Source: Octopus vulgaris (taxonomy: Eukaryota). Taken from it: a DNA stretch of 64,000 nt. The notes beneath the pieces are model-generated. The model searched no databases, was not told where the DNA came from, and saw only the letters and a program-made list of their open reading frames with translations. The position numbers and the translations under genes are program-made. The DNA lies in NCBI GenBank assembly GCA_951406725.2, contig OX597816.1:70060001-70124000 (forward strand). The letters run 5' to 3'. This document shows, one piece after another, positions 39,990 to 55,002 of this stretch (its first letter is position 1; every line of letters begins with the position of its first letter).

Positions 39990-40330
39990 TGATTCATTTG
40001 ACAGAGGTACTAGAGAGTAAATCCGATGATAAATCTGACATTGGATCTGGAAAAGTTTTCATGAATCCTGTCTCTGTTGTTTCTCTTGTGACAACAAATG
40101 ATGTCATTTGTAATGCAGCGTTGTATTGTCTCATTTTGCTTTGGAAGTACTTGGAATATTGGTCAGTTGATGTCAACAGTTTCTTCAATAGCTCTGGAAT
40201 TGGGAGATTGCAGGGAGTTTAACATCTCCACCACTGCAGCACAATGTAGGTGTCTCTCCAGGCTATTTCCTTGTTTTACTATGTACGCACTCAGTTGTCA
40301 TGGCACCAATGGAATATCTCGTGTTATCTG
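39990..40330 (-). mobile_element. Helitron Rep/helicase N-terminal remnant
   Basis: KKLLTSTDQYSKYFQSKMRQYNAALQMTSF resembles the Helitron SKxFxxxIRxYNxxFQMTSF motif. Confidence 0.65.
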
Positions 40331-40477
40331 CATAATATACTGGTGGATAATAACTGAAAACTACTTCATAGAATTCTCACATATTACATTTGCAGATAAA
40401 TTCCTCTACTTACACAATATCGAGGTCACTTTCATTCTTTTGTTGTCTTACCATTTTTATCAATATATATATATATG

Positions 40478-40563
<86 letters not shown>

Positions 40564-40926
40564 CCATTCATGCTTATATTATCAACTATATCTTGCAATG
40601 AGACGATCGGTAGCCACTACACACATTTTTTCTCTCCTTGTTTCTCTGTGTCCCATTCTGTAGACGAGCGTAGCCTCGAAACGTAAAAGACTGTTTCTAT
40701 TCCTGAGCGTTATACTAATACATCTGTTTGTTATGTACACCACTTGTCTTCGTCTTTTGTTTTTTTTTTTCGTGAACTCTCCTATATATATATATATATT
40801 CTAAATATATATTCTAAATTTAATTTTTTAATTGTAACAGTTGAATTGGTCTCAAATGACCGAAAGCGGTACTGAAATGTTCTTTATTAAATTATTTTAG
40901 CATTTTCTATCTTGACTTGTTTTATT

Positions 40927-40961
<35 letters not shown>

Positions 40962-42082
40962 TGGGAGACAGAGAGAAAGACAGACAGACAGAATGGAATT
41001 CAAGAGAATCGTTTCCACGTATTGTTCACCGTCCATCTCGGATGAAATTTGTATGAATATATGGGTACCCTAAATTATTTGCTTCGTAAAATGAGAAAAA
41101 TAGGCTTAGTTGACTTTGAATATGCGATTGTGCTTTGTGATTTTTATTCTATTCCCGCTACATAGTTATTTTTATGACTTTGATTCAACAGTTTCTTAAT
41201 AAAACATTATTTGATGCACATATCTTTACATTTTATATTATTATTCTTTTTAAGTCACTTTAATTACATATATGAGAAGTGTTCTACAATATATCCCAGT
41301 TTTCCGTGTAGACGAGCAGCAAACTACAACTTCCGAAATGTATTCTAATGGAAATAAGTGTAACGGAGATTAAAAGACCGGATACATTGTGACAAGTAAC
41401 ATGATGAGACACGTCTGCACCTATTCTCGTTGGAACGATCGTTTGGAAGCTTTTGAATTTTTATATAAAGTAGCTGTATTGAGTTTTCTTTGCATGTTTA
41501 TAGTTTGGTTTGACTTAACTTCTTCCATATTGATGTCTTCTTTTTAAATTGGTCCATATTGTGTGAATCAACGTACGTTATACAAATATTGTAGACACCG
41601 CCAAGTTAAATTACCCATTGCAAAACCGAAGCACAATAAAAATTTCAGGGTTAATTCTCATGACACTTCTGAATAGAATTAACCATTTAGAAATATGAAT
41701 TTTGTACCGGCATCAAATAACTGGATGAAACGACTGCTTAATATTTCAATTATACAAACTTAAATCTTTATTATTCAACTTGTGTTCAAAATTGTCATGT
41801 TACGTGAATCAATTAGTAACATTTTATGGAAATAAAACAACACCATCAAAAAGCAACTTAAACAAAGATTTCTTATTGCAAGATATATTTGATAATATAA
41901 ACATGAATTTTATACAGAACAGATATAGAAACGCATCTGTCATGCAAGAATTACGTTTTCGGGGATTTTTTTCCGTGTTGTATACTTATGTTCTCTTTCA
42001 AATCATTACTTATAATATCTCATATCGTTTATTGATTTCATTCAGTGAATTGTATACGATCGATCTTATTGACATATTGTTA

Positions 42083-42183
42083 TTAACAATCCCGAAGACA
42101 TTTCTGAAAAGAGCTGAAATCAAAAGGATCTCCACACTCCCTATGTTCCACCATGCATTTATATCGACAGCCTATATGAATGC
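42083..42183 (-). CDS. Mature-peptide exon C2 (G)IHIGCRYKCMVEHRECGDPFDFSSFQKCLRDC*; intact frame, expression status uncertain
   Basis: Canonical acceptor TTTTCTTATTTTAG|GC; C-x3-C-x18-C-x3-C; AATAAA at 42033-42028. The nearest signal exon (48.4 kb) starts with GTG. Confidence 0.65.
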
Positions 42184-43714
42184 CTAAAATAAGAAAATAT
42201 TAAAAAAATTTTTAATATCATTTATAATACTTAAAAATGAAGATAAAATTACACCGTATTGGTATTAACTCTACTACATTCATTAGTGTCATTTCTTTCT
42301 CTGAACCTGATTCACACTGTTTTAAGTACACAGGTCAACTGTCAACTTAGCCTCCGTTTAAAACAATTTGTGCTCTCTTAATTTCCAAAATATCACCCTC
42401 ACCCATGGTTTATATATATTTGTCGCTTTAGTTTTATTATGGTCAACAAAAAATTAGCTAGTATAACCTTTATGATTTTAATTGTTCTAATTTTTATGAT
42501 TAACTGGTGTAATATATTTCACATTGTCAAGGAATGAAGCAACAAGTTGTTGCTGTACTAAAGTCATAAAGATCTATACATAACATATAACTAGGAGACT
42601 TTTATTATAATGCAAATAATTTACTGAGTTGTGACTATCTCAACGACAAACGTATAGTGTGTCAATTCTAGACAGCAATGAATATATTACACCTGAGCAC
42701 TGTAAACAATAATTATTTGCTTCGTAAAATGAGAAAATAGGCTTAGTTGACTTTGAATATCCGATTGTGCTTTGTGTTTTTTATTCTATTCCCGCTACAT
42801 AGTTGATTTTATAGTTTTGATTCAACAGCTTCTTAATAAATCTGTCTGAAACATTATTTGATGCAAATATTTTTACATTTTATATTATTATTCTTTTTAA
42901 GTCACTTTATTACATATATGAAAAGTGTTCTACATTATATCCCAGTTTTCCGTGTAGACGAGCAGCAAACAACAACTTCCGAAATGTATTCTAATGGAAA
43001 TAAGTGTAACGGAGATTAAAAGACCGGATACATTGTGACAAGTAACATGATGAGACACGTCTGCACCTATTCTCGTTGGAACGATCGTTTGGAAGCTTTT
43101 GAATTTTTATATAAAGTAGCTGTATTGAGTTTTCTTTGCATGTTTATAGTTTGGTTTGACTTAACTTCTTCCATATTGATGTCTTCTTTTTAAATTGGTC
43201 CATATTGTGTGAATCAACGTACGTTATACAAATATTGTAGACACCGCCAAGTTAAATTACCCATTGCAAAACCGAAGCACAATAAAAATTTCAGGGTTAA
43301 TTCTGATGACACTTCTGAATAGAATTAACCATTTAGAATTATGAATTTTGTACCGGCATCAAATAACTGGATAAAACGACTTCTTAATATTTCAATTATA
43401 CAAACTTAAATCTTTATTATTCAACTTGTGTTCAAAATTGTCATGTTACGTGAACCAATTTCTAACATTTTATGGAAATAAAACAACACCATCAAAAAAC
43501 AACTTAAACAAAGATTTCTTATTGCAAGATATATTTGATAATATAAACATGAATTTTATACGGAACAGATATAGAAACACATCTGACATGCAAGAATTAC
43601 GTTTTTCGGGGATGTTTTCCTTGTTGTATACCTATGTTTTCTTTCAAATAACTGCCTATAATATCGCATATCGTTTACTGGTTTCATTCAGTGAATTGTA
43701 TACAATCAGTCTTA

Positions 43715-43818
43715 TTAACATTTATCCCGAAGACATTTCTGAAAAGAGCTGAAATCAAAAGGATGTCCATTCTGCTGATATTCCATCATGCAATCATATT
43801 GACATTATGCTTTAAGGC
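43715..43818 (-). pseudogene. Mature-peptide exon C1 with premature stop: (G)LKA*CQYDCMMEYQQNGHPFDFSSFQKCLRDKC*
   Basis: Canonical acceptor; TAA at 43807-43805 before Cys1; polyA signal altered to AGTAAA. Confidence 0.8.
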
Positions 43819-44270
43819 CTAAAATAAGAAAATATTAAAAGTTTTCCTAATATCCTTAATAATACTTAAAAATGAAGATAAAGTTCCACTGTATTGGTAT
43901 GAACTCTACTATATTTATTAGTGCCATCTCTTTTTATGAACCTGATTCACACTGCTTTAAGTACACAGGTCAACTGTCAAGTTTGTCGCTTTATTTTTAT
44001 TATAGTCAACACAAAATTAGCTAGTCTAACCTTTATGATTTTAATTGTTCTAATTTTCATGATTAACTGGTGTAATATATTTCACAATGTCAAGGAATGA
44101 AGCAACAAGTTGTTGCTGTACTAAAGTCATAAAGATCTATACATAACATATAACTAGGATACTTTTATTGCAAATAATTTGCTGAGTTGTGACTATCTCA
44201 ACAACAAACGTATAGTGAGTTAATTCTAGACGGCAATGAATATATTACACCTAAGTATTGTATACAATAA

Positions 44271-45805
<1,535 letters not shown>

Positions 45806-46327
45806 TTCCTTCGGAGTACGACAGGAGTGTTTCTGAAGATTCGATTTAAGTTCTCATTAATTTCATAGCACATACCCGTTTGGTGCTTTTTGTTTCTGAA
45901 TTTAACCCCAAGCTGTTAATAAAAATCCCAGGAACCCGTTGCTGGGTCCTCCGAGATTGTTTGACACCGTAAGGAGCAGATTTCAGCCCTCCAAAAAATC
46001 GTCCGTGAGGCGTTTTAAAAACAATAATTTATAAAGATGGCAGCGTCCACATCAATATTTGTAAAAGAAAGATCAGTTCTTCTTCCCAGCCTTCCTACAG
46101 CTGAAGACCTCTCTCTCCTCCCTTCACTTACCAAAAATTATGCAGAAGAGACAAAAGTGATGGAAACAGGCAAATCTCTAATCTGTAGCCAAAAAGAAGG
46201 AAGAGGTGAGCAGTGGGAAAAATGTTTACAGTCACAATAACAAAAGTGGTGACAAAGCAATGGGGATGGTGGGAGTACAAACAGCAAAATTTGCTAGATT
46301 GTGAAGTATAGCAGCAGTAACGACAGT

Positions 46328-46670
46328 GGAGGCGCAATGGCTCAGTGGTTAGGGCAGCGGAGGATTGCGGTTTCGATTCCAAGACCGGGCGTTGTGTATG
46401 TTTATTGAGCGAAAACACCTAAAGCTCCGGCAGGGGGTGGTGCCGACCCCTGTTGTACTCTTTCGCTACAACGTTCTCTCTTTCTTCCTCTTTCTTGTCC
46501 CCGACTTCCTACGCAACCGCTGAACCTGGATGCGCACTCAACCATCCGTCGATGCTCTCGGTGTCGGGGGTTGACCTGTTTTCTCTTCTGCGGGTCTTAC
46601 GAATAGCAAAGGACCACGTTTCGGACTTCTCCCACTACACTGGGACGAAGAACGCTTCGTTCAACAAACA
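46328..46670 (+). mobile_element. tRNA-derived SINE
   Basis: GGAGGCGCAATGGCTCAGTGGTTAGGGCAG...GGTTTCGATTCC (A and B boxes) followed by a non-tRNA body. Confidence 0.7.
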
Positions 46671-48329
46671 AATAAACGAACAAGCAGTAACGACTGCTTC
46701 AACAGTAATAGTAACAGTAGCGGTGGCAGCAACACAGACGATGGTGGCGGCGGCGGCGGCGGCAGAAATAACGATAGCTCTGGTGGCGAAGTGGTTAGAG
46801 GCATCGGCCTTGGTGGTGATATTAGCAACAGCACAAATGGCTACAACCCCACTATCATCACTACCACCACCAGTGATAAGACTTCTTTCCAGGTCTTTGT
46901 ATTTTGAAAGTTTCTCCGTTACTTTTAGAGAAACATTGTCATCTGTTGGTATTGATACATTTATCGCAAAGCGGTTTTTCTTGGTCATCTCAGACAACTA
47001 TATCCAGCATATTGGCCATATTATTATTATTATTTTACTCACAAGTTAAACTGTTGGGAAAGTAAAGTTCCTAACATCGGGTAAGAACAAATAACCTTAA
47101 ATGCAAAGAGCCCTCCTAAGTCTCCTAGCTGTCTCTAGGAACATTGATTTCTGGAGCTCTACTAATCTGGGTTTTATGCATATTTCCTCTATCCACCTGT
47201 TCAAATCTTTATGGATAGTTCCTATAACTACTGGGATACATTTTATCCGCACTTTCCAAAGTCTCAGTAATTCAGTACTTTGCTATTTCCTCTATAACTC
47301 TCATAATGATTTTATAATCATTTGGAACAGTAAAGTCAATTATCTGGCACTTTCTATTCTCTTTTATTACAACTAAATCAGGCCTTTAATCTGTTTGTCT
47401 GAACGTTAAATCTCACAGCATTTGATATTTCTTACTTCTTAGTAAGATCTTAACATTTTTCTAGGAAAGGTTTTGCTTTATTTTAATTTAATGATAAAAT
47501 GGAAGAGACTTTCTTAGTAACGTACATCTACCGATGCACAGAAACTCAATGAGGAGATTCCAAAGTTTTATGTAAAACAAAATAACTAAAGTTCAATGAA
47601 ACGATGAATGAACTGCAATTTTGAGGGTCATGAAATGGGGAACACCATAAACATTCATTAGCAATTACTTCGAGGAGGCATATCGTGGTTCCCTATTTCT
47701 GAAATAGATGAAATAGAGAACAAATTATTGGTTCATAAATGTGTATACATACGTGTATGCATGTATGTCTGTAGATTCGTGTATGAACACACATTTAATT
47801 GCGAGTCCATAGGTTCAGTTTTAGGTATGCTGTTTTCATAGCCGTGAGATAAGACACGTATTAAAAACTTGATGCAAGCTAAAAGAGCCAGTAACTGAGA
47901 TTTTATCCAGTGAAAGGATAGGGCAGACGAACCTAGTGGAATGGGGTGGAATGAATTAAATCAGAATAAGTTTACGATATTATTAATGACATATGAGATG
48001 GAGTGAGAGTCGATATGTGGTCTGTTGGAGAAGACCTAAATAGGTAACATAGATAGTGAAGGGAACATACTGGACCGGAGACTGGTTAAGGAAAACAATG
48101 AGAGATTTCCATCTATAAAAGGAATGGAAAATACAGGGAGTCTGTTAGTATAACTTTCTCGCGTGAAAAGGGTTGATAGATATTAGGATACAATGGGTAG
48201 TAATACTCTCGAGAGTTGATCACTGACGATAATGAAACTTTTGCACTTTGTATGTAAAATTAATCATGATAAGTGTGATTAAACTAGGTTCGAAAAAACA
48301 TTTAACGAATAGGATAATAGACTTCTTAC

Positions 48330-48384
48330 CGTTGGCTACGGTCATCAATATTCCCATGATGATGAGAAAGAATACAAAATTCAC
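48330..48384 (-). pseudogene. Gene C signal exon with GTG in place of ATG: (V/M)NFVFFLIIMGILMTVAN(G)
   Basis: TTTTACAG|GTCCAAC GTG; 55 coding nt (6-nt in-frame deletion); intact donor G|GTAAGA at 48330/48329. Confidence 0.72.
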
Positions 48385-48408
48385 GTTGGACCTGTAAAAT
48401 ACATACAT

Positions 48409-48496
<88 letters not shown>

Positions 48497-48612
48497 GAGT
48501 TTTGCACGAAACGTAAAACGAACTTTCTTTTCTTCCTTAAGCGCCTTTTAATACTTTGCATGTACCACGTGCTCACATTGTGGTTTTTTCTTGTTTTTTC
48601 TTCGTTTTTGTA

Positions 48613-48660
<48 letters not shown>

Positions 48661-48809
48661 GTGTGTACCGTTGGATCTTTCCTTCTCCTATGTTTCCGAC
48701 GAAGAGCTCCGCTCGAAACCTTAAACCATCCTTTCCTGAGCGTCCAATAATACTATATTTGTTCCACGTCCTCGCGTTGTTGTGTTTTGTTGTGCTTTCA
48801 TGTTTGGAT

Positions 48810-48864
<55 letters not shown>

Positions 48865-49045
48865 GCAGCGTGGAAGGTGTTTATAAGCCATTTAAGAAAC
48901 ACACAAAGCCGTTCGATTCACTGGAGTGAATCGAACGGCTTTTGTGTGTTTCTTAAATGGCTTATAAACACCTTCCACGCTGCAATTGTTTTCGTTTCAG
49001 CACACGATCTCAGATCAAATTACTTGCTATGCGAGTACATCTCCG

Positions 49046-49135
<90 letters not shown>

Positions 49136-49310
49136 CACATATAATATATATATATAGTCGTGGTTGAGTGGTAAGAAGCTTGCTTCTCAACCACATGGTC
49201 CTGATTTCAATTACATTGTGTAACACCTTGGCTAAGCATTTTCTCACTAAACCCTCAGGCCATCCAAAGCCTTATGTGCGGATCTGGTAGACGGAAACAG
49301 AAAGAAACCC

Positions 49311-49360
<50 letters not shown>

Positions 49361-50208
49361 TTTTAAATATTTGTTGTGCAAGATTTTTTATGTGAAGTCG
49401 TGTGTTGAAACAGATATTGTTGTATTTAGGAATGGTCATTTTGCCAGTTTAGCCAATAAAAACACACGCACTATATATTTGGTGTTACTTTGCTTCAGTG
49501 TTATTTATTTTTTACATTAATCTTAATCTTATTTCGGCCAGAGTTCTTTCGTGACACTCCTGTGACCGCATAAGTGGTCCTTTGTTTTCCTCTTATTTAT
49601 TTGTGTCTCTTCTTACTAACCGTCAGCCATTTTGTATTTCTATTGTATGTCTTCATTTGCGCATGTTTATATCTCTATGTGCGTTTATGTTTATTTAGTG
49701 TGTGTATGTGGGGGATGCCTGTAATATTTGTATCTTCTGTTTATATATGTTCATGTAATTTGTATTTTGTTTTTTGTTTTTTGTTTTTTGCTTTTTTGTT
49801 TTTTGAACATATAAAATTACAAATTACATGAACATATATAAATAGAAGATACAAATATTACAGGCATCCCCCACATACACACACTAAATAAACATAAACA
49901 GTAAGTTGGCAAGAGTGCCCACTTGGCCGTTCTCAAAGGCACAGTGGAGTACTCTTTTGCCCCTTCTTCGTTCACGAAGCGTACCTCCACTGTACCGTAT
50001 TTCCATCCCCTGGCGTAGAAAGTGATCAATCCTTTGACTTCCCGCATACACACTTCGGTGGCTTCCATTTCTTCCACTTCCACTGGATTAGTTTCAAGCT
50101 TTAGTGTACCATAAGTAATGATTTTCTTTTCAGCTTTTTGCAAAGATTCCACGGGTAATTAACCGGAGGCAATTCCCCCTCTTTTTTAATATATATATAT
50201 ATATTTTA

Positions 50209-50254
<46 letters not shown>

Positions 50255-50399
50255 TATGTATGTATGTATGTATGTATGTATGTATGTATGTATGTATGTA
50301 TGTATGCATGCATGTATGTGTTGTGTGGACGCGCCCCAGACGGTAAGTAGTCTAGTCCAATACGTATAAATAGCGGATATGATAGCTAGACGAGAAGCG

Positions 50400-50850
50400 T
50401 CGAGTAGAGCGGGTTGCAGATGTGGAAGCTGGTCCAATGGAGGAACGACCAACAGGTACTTACGCTGCGGTGGCAGGCAAAAGCCTGTCAGCCGACGTGC
50501 TGCAACCGAAAGAAGTAACGTTGGATGACAAGGATTTTAAAAAGTTTAATGAACTGTTTAAAAAAGAGGGGGAATTGCCTCCGGTTAATTACCCGTGGAA
50601 TCTTTGCAAAAAGCTGAAAAGAAAATCATTACTTATGGTACACTAAAGCTTGAAACTAATCCAGTGGAAGTGGAAGAAATGGAAGCCACCGAAGTGTGTA
50701 TGCGGGAGGTCAAAGGATTGATCACTTTCTACGCCAGGGGATGGAAATACGGTACAGTGAAGGTACGCTTCGTGAACGAAGAAGGGGCAAAAGAGTACTC
50801 CACTGTGCCTTTGAGAACGGCCAAGTGGGCACTTTTGCCAACTTACTGTT
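50400..50850 (+). mobile_element. Retroelement ORF1/gag-like 5' fragment, with an inverted duplicate at about 49895-50186
   Basis: TYAAVAGK N-terminal motif, then an RRM-like segment (..YGTVKVRFVNEEGAKEYS..) with a frameshift. The family assignment is tentative. Confidence 0.5.
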
Positions 50851-51245
50851 TATGTTTATTTAGTGTGTGTATGTGGGGGATGCCTGTAATATTTGTATCT
50901 TCTATTTATATATGTTCATGTAATTTGTAATTTTATATGTTCAAAAAACAAAAAAGCAAAAAACAAAAAACAAAAAACAAAATACAAATATATAATAGGA
51001 AGGTAAATAATTATTAATTTAAAAAATTAATAATTATTACCAAGTAGTTTCGGTATGGAAATATAAACAATATCGGTAGGAACTTTTACGATGACTGTTT
51101 GTTTTCGTTATTTTCCCTTCTTTTTGCATATGTGAGTTACAAGTAAATGTTATATAGGGAGCGATATTTGTAATAAATAGGAATAAGCGTCTTTTGACTG
51201 CTATTTCTAAATTTTCGGTATGTGGCTAAGCAACTTGTTGCTTAA

Positions 51246-51301
<56 letters not shown>

Positions 51302-51303
51302 TA

Positions 51304-51358
<55 letters not shown>

Positions 51359-51764
51359 CGCTGGTGCTACTACTAAATAACGTGCATAGTTTAAAACTTC
51401 ATGATCTTTTAAAACGTGTATGTTAGAACATATGAGAAGGTATCAATGAAAATGTAGTAACATAGTACCAACTGCATCTCAAAGCCTTCTGAGTCCAGAA
51501 AATATCTTAGAAGTTATTAACGGTGGTTTACAAAGGTAAATGAAGTTGTGCCTGTCACTCTAGGCCCGCACAAACAAGACGTCTTCATAACCGTCTGTGA
51601 GTGTTGACTCAGAGATGCGCTTTTGCTGCTGCTGCTACTACTACTACTACTACTACTACTACTATTAATACTACTACTACTACTATCCCTCTCACTACTA
51701 CTACTACTACTACTACTACTACAACTACTAGTAATACTACTACAAATACTACTACTACCACTTT

Positions 51765-51831
<67 letters not shown>

Positions 51832-53134
51832 GCTACTACTACGGCTGCGACTACTGCTATTTCAACAACTGTGTCGTAATTCTTATAGAAATGTCAACCA
51901 CAATCTCTACAAAACAAAACATTTCAGAAACAAACTATGCGCTTGAGCGTCTGTGAATTTTAGCTAACAGACACGCAGCTGCTGCTGCTACTACTACTAC
52001 TACTACCATTACCTACCTACAACTGCTCCTGCAACTACCTAATACTACTACTAGGGCTACACCTGCTACAACTATCACCACTACTACTATTACTGCTATT
52101 TCACGTATCCCATAGCTATATATATTTCTTTATTGCCCACAAGGGGTTAAGCATAGAGGGGACAAACAAAAGGATTAAGCCGATTACATCGACCCCAGTG
52201 TGTAACTGGTACTTAATTTATCGACCCCGAAAGGATGAAAGGCAAAGTCGACCTCGGCGGAATTTGAACTCAGAACGTAACGACAGACGAAATACGGCTA
52301 CGCAATTCGCCCGGCGTGCTCACGATTCTGCCAGCTCTCCTCCTTTCAGAAATGAATAAATCCTGTTCATTATATATACAACAGCAATGTCAATCAGTAC
52401 ACAAATATATAGACCTGATACAACCAACATTTAACTATTCAGAATGTAATACGATCGCTACGTTAACATCTCTGACAATTCTATGTATATCATGTATATG
52501 AAATCTACATCCAAACGCAGACATTTTGAGCCCCTGTATAAAATCACATGCAGTAACATGTTGATACAACCTTTTTTTTTTTTGTTTCGCAATATATTTC
52601 TTCTTTTACTTCTTCTACAGCGGGCTGTACTCTTTAGAAATTTATTCACTATGTTGTATATTGTGTTGTGTGGAAAGGTCGTGCCGAATTTTTAAAGGAA
52701 AGCAAAAGGCCAATAAATACTTGCCGTTACATTTTTAAACAAACAAATATGAACCATTTTGTTGCACAATGTATCTCCATCTTCCCTTTAACTTGAAAAT
52801 ACCCTCTTCCCAGAATTGAGGTGGTTTCAGAGCAAAGAATTCATCAAGGTATCATTTTACGTCATCCAAGGAATTGACATTTTTACCTTTAAGACTATTC
52901 TGCAGAGACCTGATTAAGTGGAAATCCGAAGGAGCAATATCTGATGAAACCCTCCATGAACACACATATACATATGTAGCTACATGTACGTATGACTTTG
53001 TGTTAGTGTTTCATGTGTCCCTCACCAATCTTCATAATCCCTGATGTTTTTTTTTACGTAACCATCAGCAAGCGAAGAAAATGATTGAATACGTACCACA
53101 TAGTGCAGGCAAATAGTTCCAAACACACCAAGAA

Positions 53135-53350
53135 GCTTACTTGCAAGTTTTTGTCGTATGTCCCGCAGTAGATGAACATGTTCTTATATAAGAATCATGC
53201 TTCTAGCTGTCGTAAATAAAAAAAATACATAATACATATTGTTCTAATACTTCTTAATTTCAATGGACATGTCATCGACATTCAAAGGAGCAACTATTGA
53301 CAATACAGTTATATTGTTCATTGTAAGACCTGTCACATTTACGGCCAATA
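53135..53350 (-). promoter_or_regulatory. Putative promoter and short non-coding first exon of gene C
   Basis: TATATAAG at about 53190-53183 (minus) and donor AA|GTAAGC at 53141/53140; homologous to the 22.7 and 38.3 kb blocks. Confidence 0.5.
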
Positions 53351-53354
53351 ATCG

Positions 53355-53745
53355 AAGTCATATCGAAAAGTTCCTGGACTGGCTTTTTTAATAAAACAAA
53401 CTTATTCACCTAAGCTTTAACATCATATTCTTCGAAATAGTTGCCTTGCTCAGCAACACACCACTCCCAGCGTTCCCGCCACTTTTGGAATCCGGCTTGG
53501 AAGTCGTTTCCCCAGGCGAGTCGAGGACCTTCTGCCATTCGATCTGGATCTCGAAAGCGGAGACTTTTGAGCTGCATTTTCGTCTTGGTGAGGAGATGAA
53601 AGTCCGCAGGGGCTAAATCTGGCGAATACAGTGGGTGCGGAAGCGATACCATGTTGTTTAGCGAGAAACTCACGAGTGAGGGATGCTCGGTGACAGGGTG
53701 CATTGTCGTCCTGAAGAATCTAGGCGTTAGTATTGCCTGCAAGGA
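53355..53745 (-). mobile_element. Mariner 3' fragment
   Basis: LPHPLYSPDLAPADFHLL...FQKWRERWEWCVAEQGNYFE. Confidence 0.88.
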
Positions 53746-54381
53746 CTCATAACACAGACCAAGATCAACAACAGCAATGTCAATAAGTACACACATATAT
53801 AAACGCCTATACACACACACATACGCACTCCCACACACGCAAGCACACTGACTCACACACGCGCCCAAATGTATATATGTAGAGTATGTGCGTATGTATG
53901 TGTGCGACTATGTGTGGGCATGTGACCAGATATGTATATATACTTACTTGTGTATACACACACACATACACATATACGTTGCTATTATGTTAAACTGTCG
54001 CATGTCCAAATTTGGTCAAATGCGTTTTTTCCAATATTTAATTTTGCTTGCAATAGCCGGTTCTTTTCGTTAAACTATCGTATCTCCAGCTACTTCACAT
54101 ACCGACATATGAAAATTGTGAAGGTGTAATACAACAGGTTAGCATTTTTCAAAATTGTAGGAAGTTCCACATACGACAGTTTTGCAAAAATGTTTCTAAC
54201 TGAAAATATCATACATGCATGGAGTTACGATTTTATGCTCCCAAAAAGGTATTATTTTTAAGCTGAAACTGTTGCTGATGTAAAAAAGAAATGGAATAGT
54301 GAAACTATTTTTTCGTCTTCTGAAAAAGCAACGTTTTGGACTTACGGCACTTTTGCATAGTAGCAACCACACACATACACT

Positions 54382-54443
<62 letters not shown>

Positions 54444-54459
54444 AATATACATACATACA

Positions 54460-54491
<32 letters not shown>

Positions 54492-54602
54492 CATACATAC
54501 ATACATACATACAAACATTAGAGGAAAAAGACATCAAAACCAAGGCAGGACGAGTATCTTAAGTAATTTATAATAATTTAATTGGGGTAAGAATGATTTG
54601 AA

Positions 54603-54672
54603 GTCTTACAGCTGTTTCTCGGATATTCCAAGTGATAGCATATCCGTACACTGGGTATTCCGTCATCAGAGA
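54603..54672 (-). ncRNA. Type I hammerhead ribozyme motif (Penelope-associated type)
   Basis: UCU-CUGAUGA-cggaaua...uauccga-GAAA-cagcug-UA-AGA, with palindromic stem III. Confidence 0.65.
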
Positions 54673-55002
54673 GAAAGTGAGTATGTATGAAAGTGCTAGA
54701 CGTGGAAATTCACAGTTTATAAGGAATAAAGTAGAAGAATAATGAGTAAAATTAGATATAAGAAAACAGACAGAAAAATAAAAGTTTACAGTTCATATTT
54801 TTCGATAGGGTAGTGAGGCGCAGTGAGAACTTTTAATAACCCTGTCAGTTTTTTTCTTAACTTCTTACACATCTGCAGAACGCATGCCTTTAAATTTCCC
54901 ATTTCCCATTTAGAAGAACACAAAATACTCACAGGGAGCAAGATTAGGTGAACGGAAGGTGGGTAAGCGGGGGTCAGACTATTTGTCCAATATCTGTTCC
55001 TC

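Larger units (their letters stand above)
41072..44270. repeat. Direct tandem duplication of about 1.63 kb (41072-42710 / 42711-44270), each unit carrying one mature-peptide exon
   Basis: Both units begin AATTATTTGCTTCGTAAAATGAG. 41301-41650 vs about 42946-43295 differ at only about 1 position by eye. Confidence 0.95.

Noticed and set aside
41780-42187. Plus-strand ORFs 41780-42187, 43426-43752, 14128-14397 and 61334-61717 as a protein family
   Set aside because: TTG starts and frames not conserved between copies; they lie antisense to the 3' flank or intron of the minus-strand genes.
46328-46390. tRNA gene
   Set aside because: A/B boxes are present but there is no complete cloverleaf; it is a SINE head.
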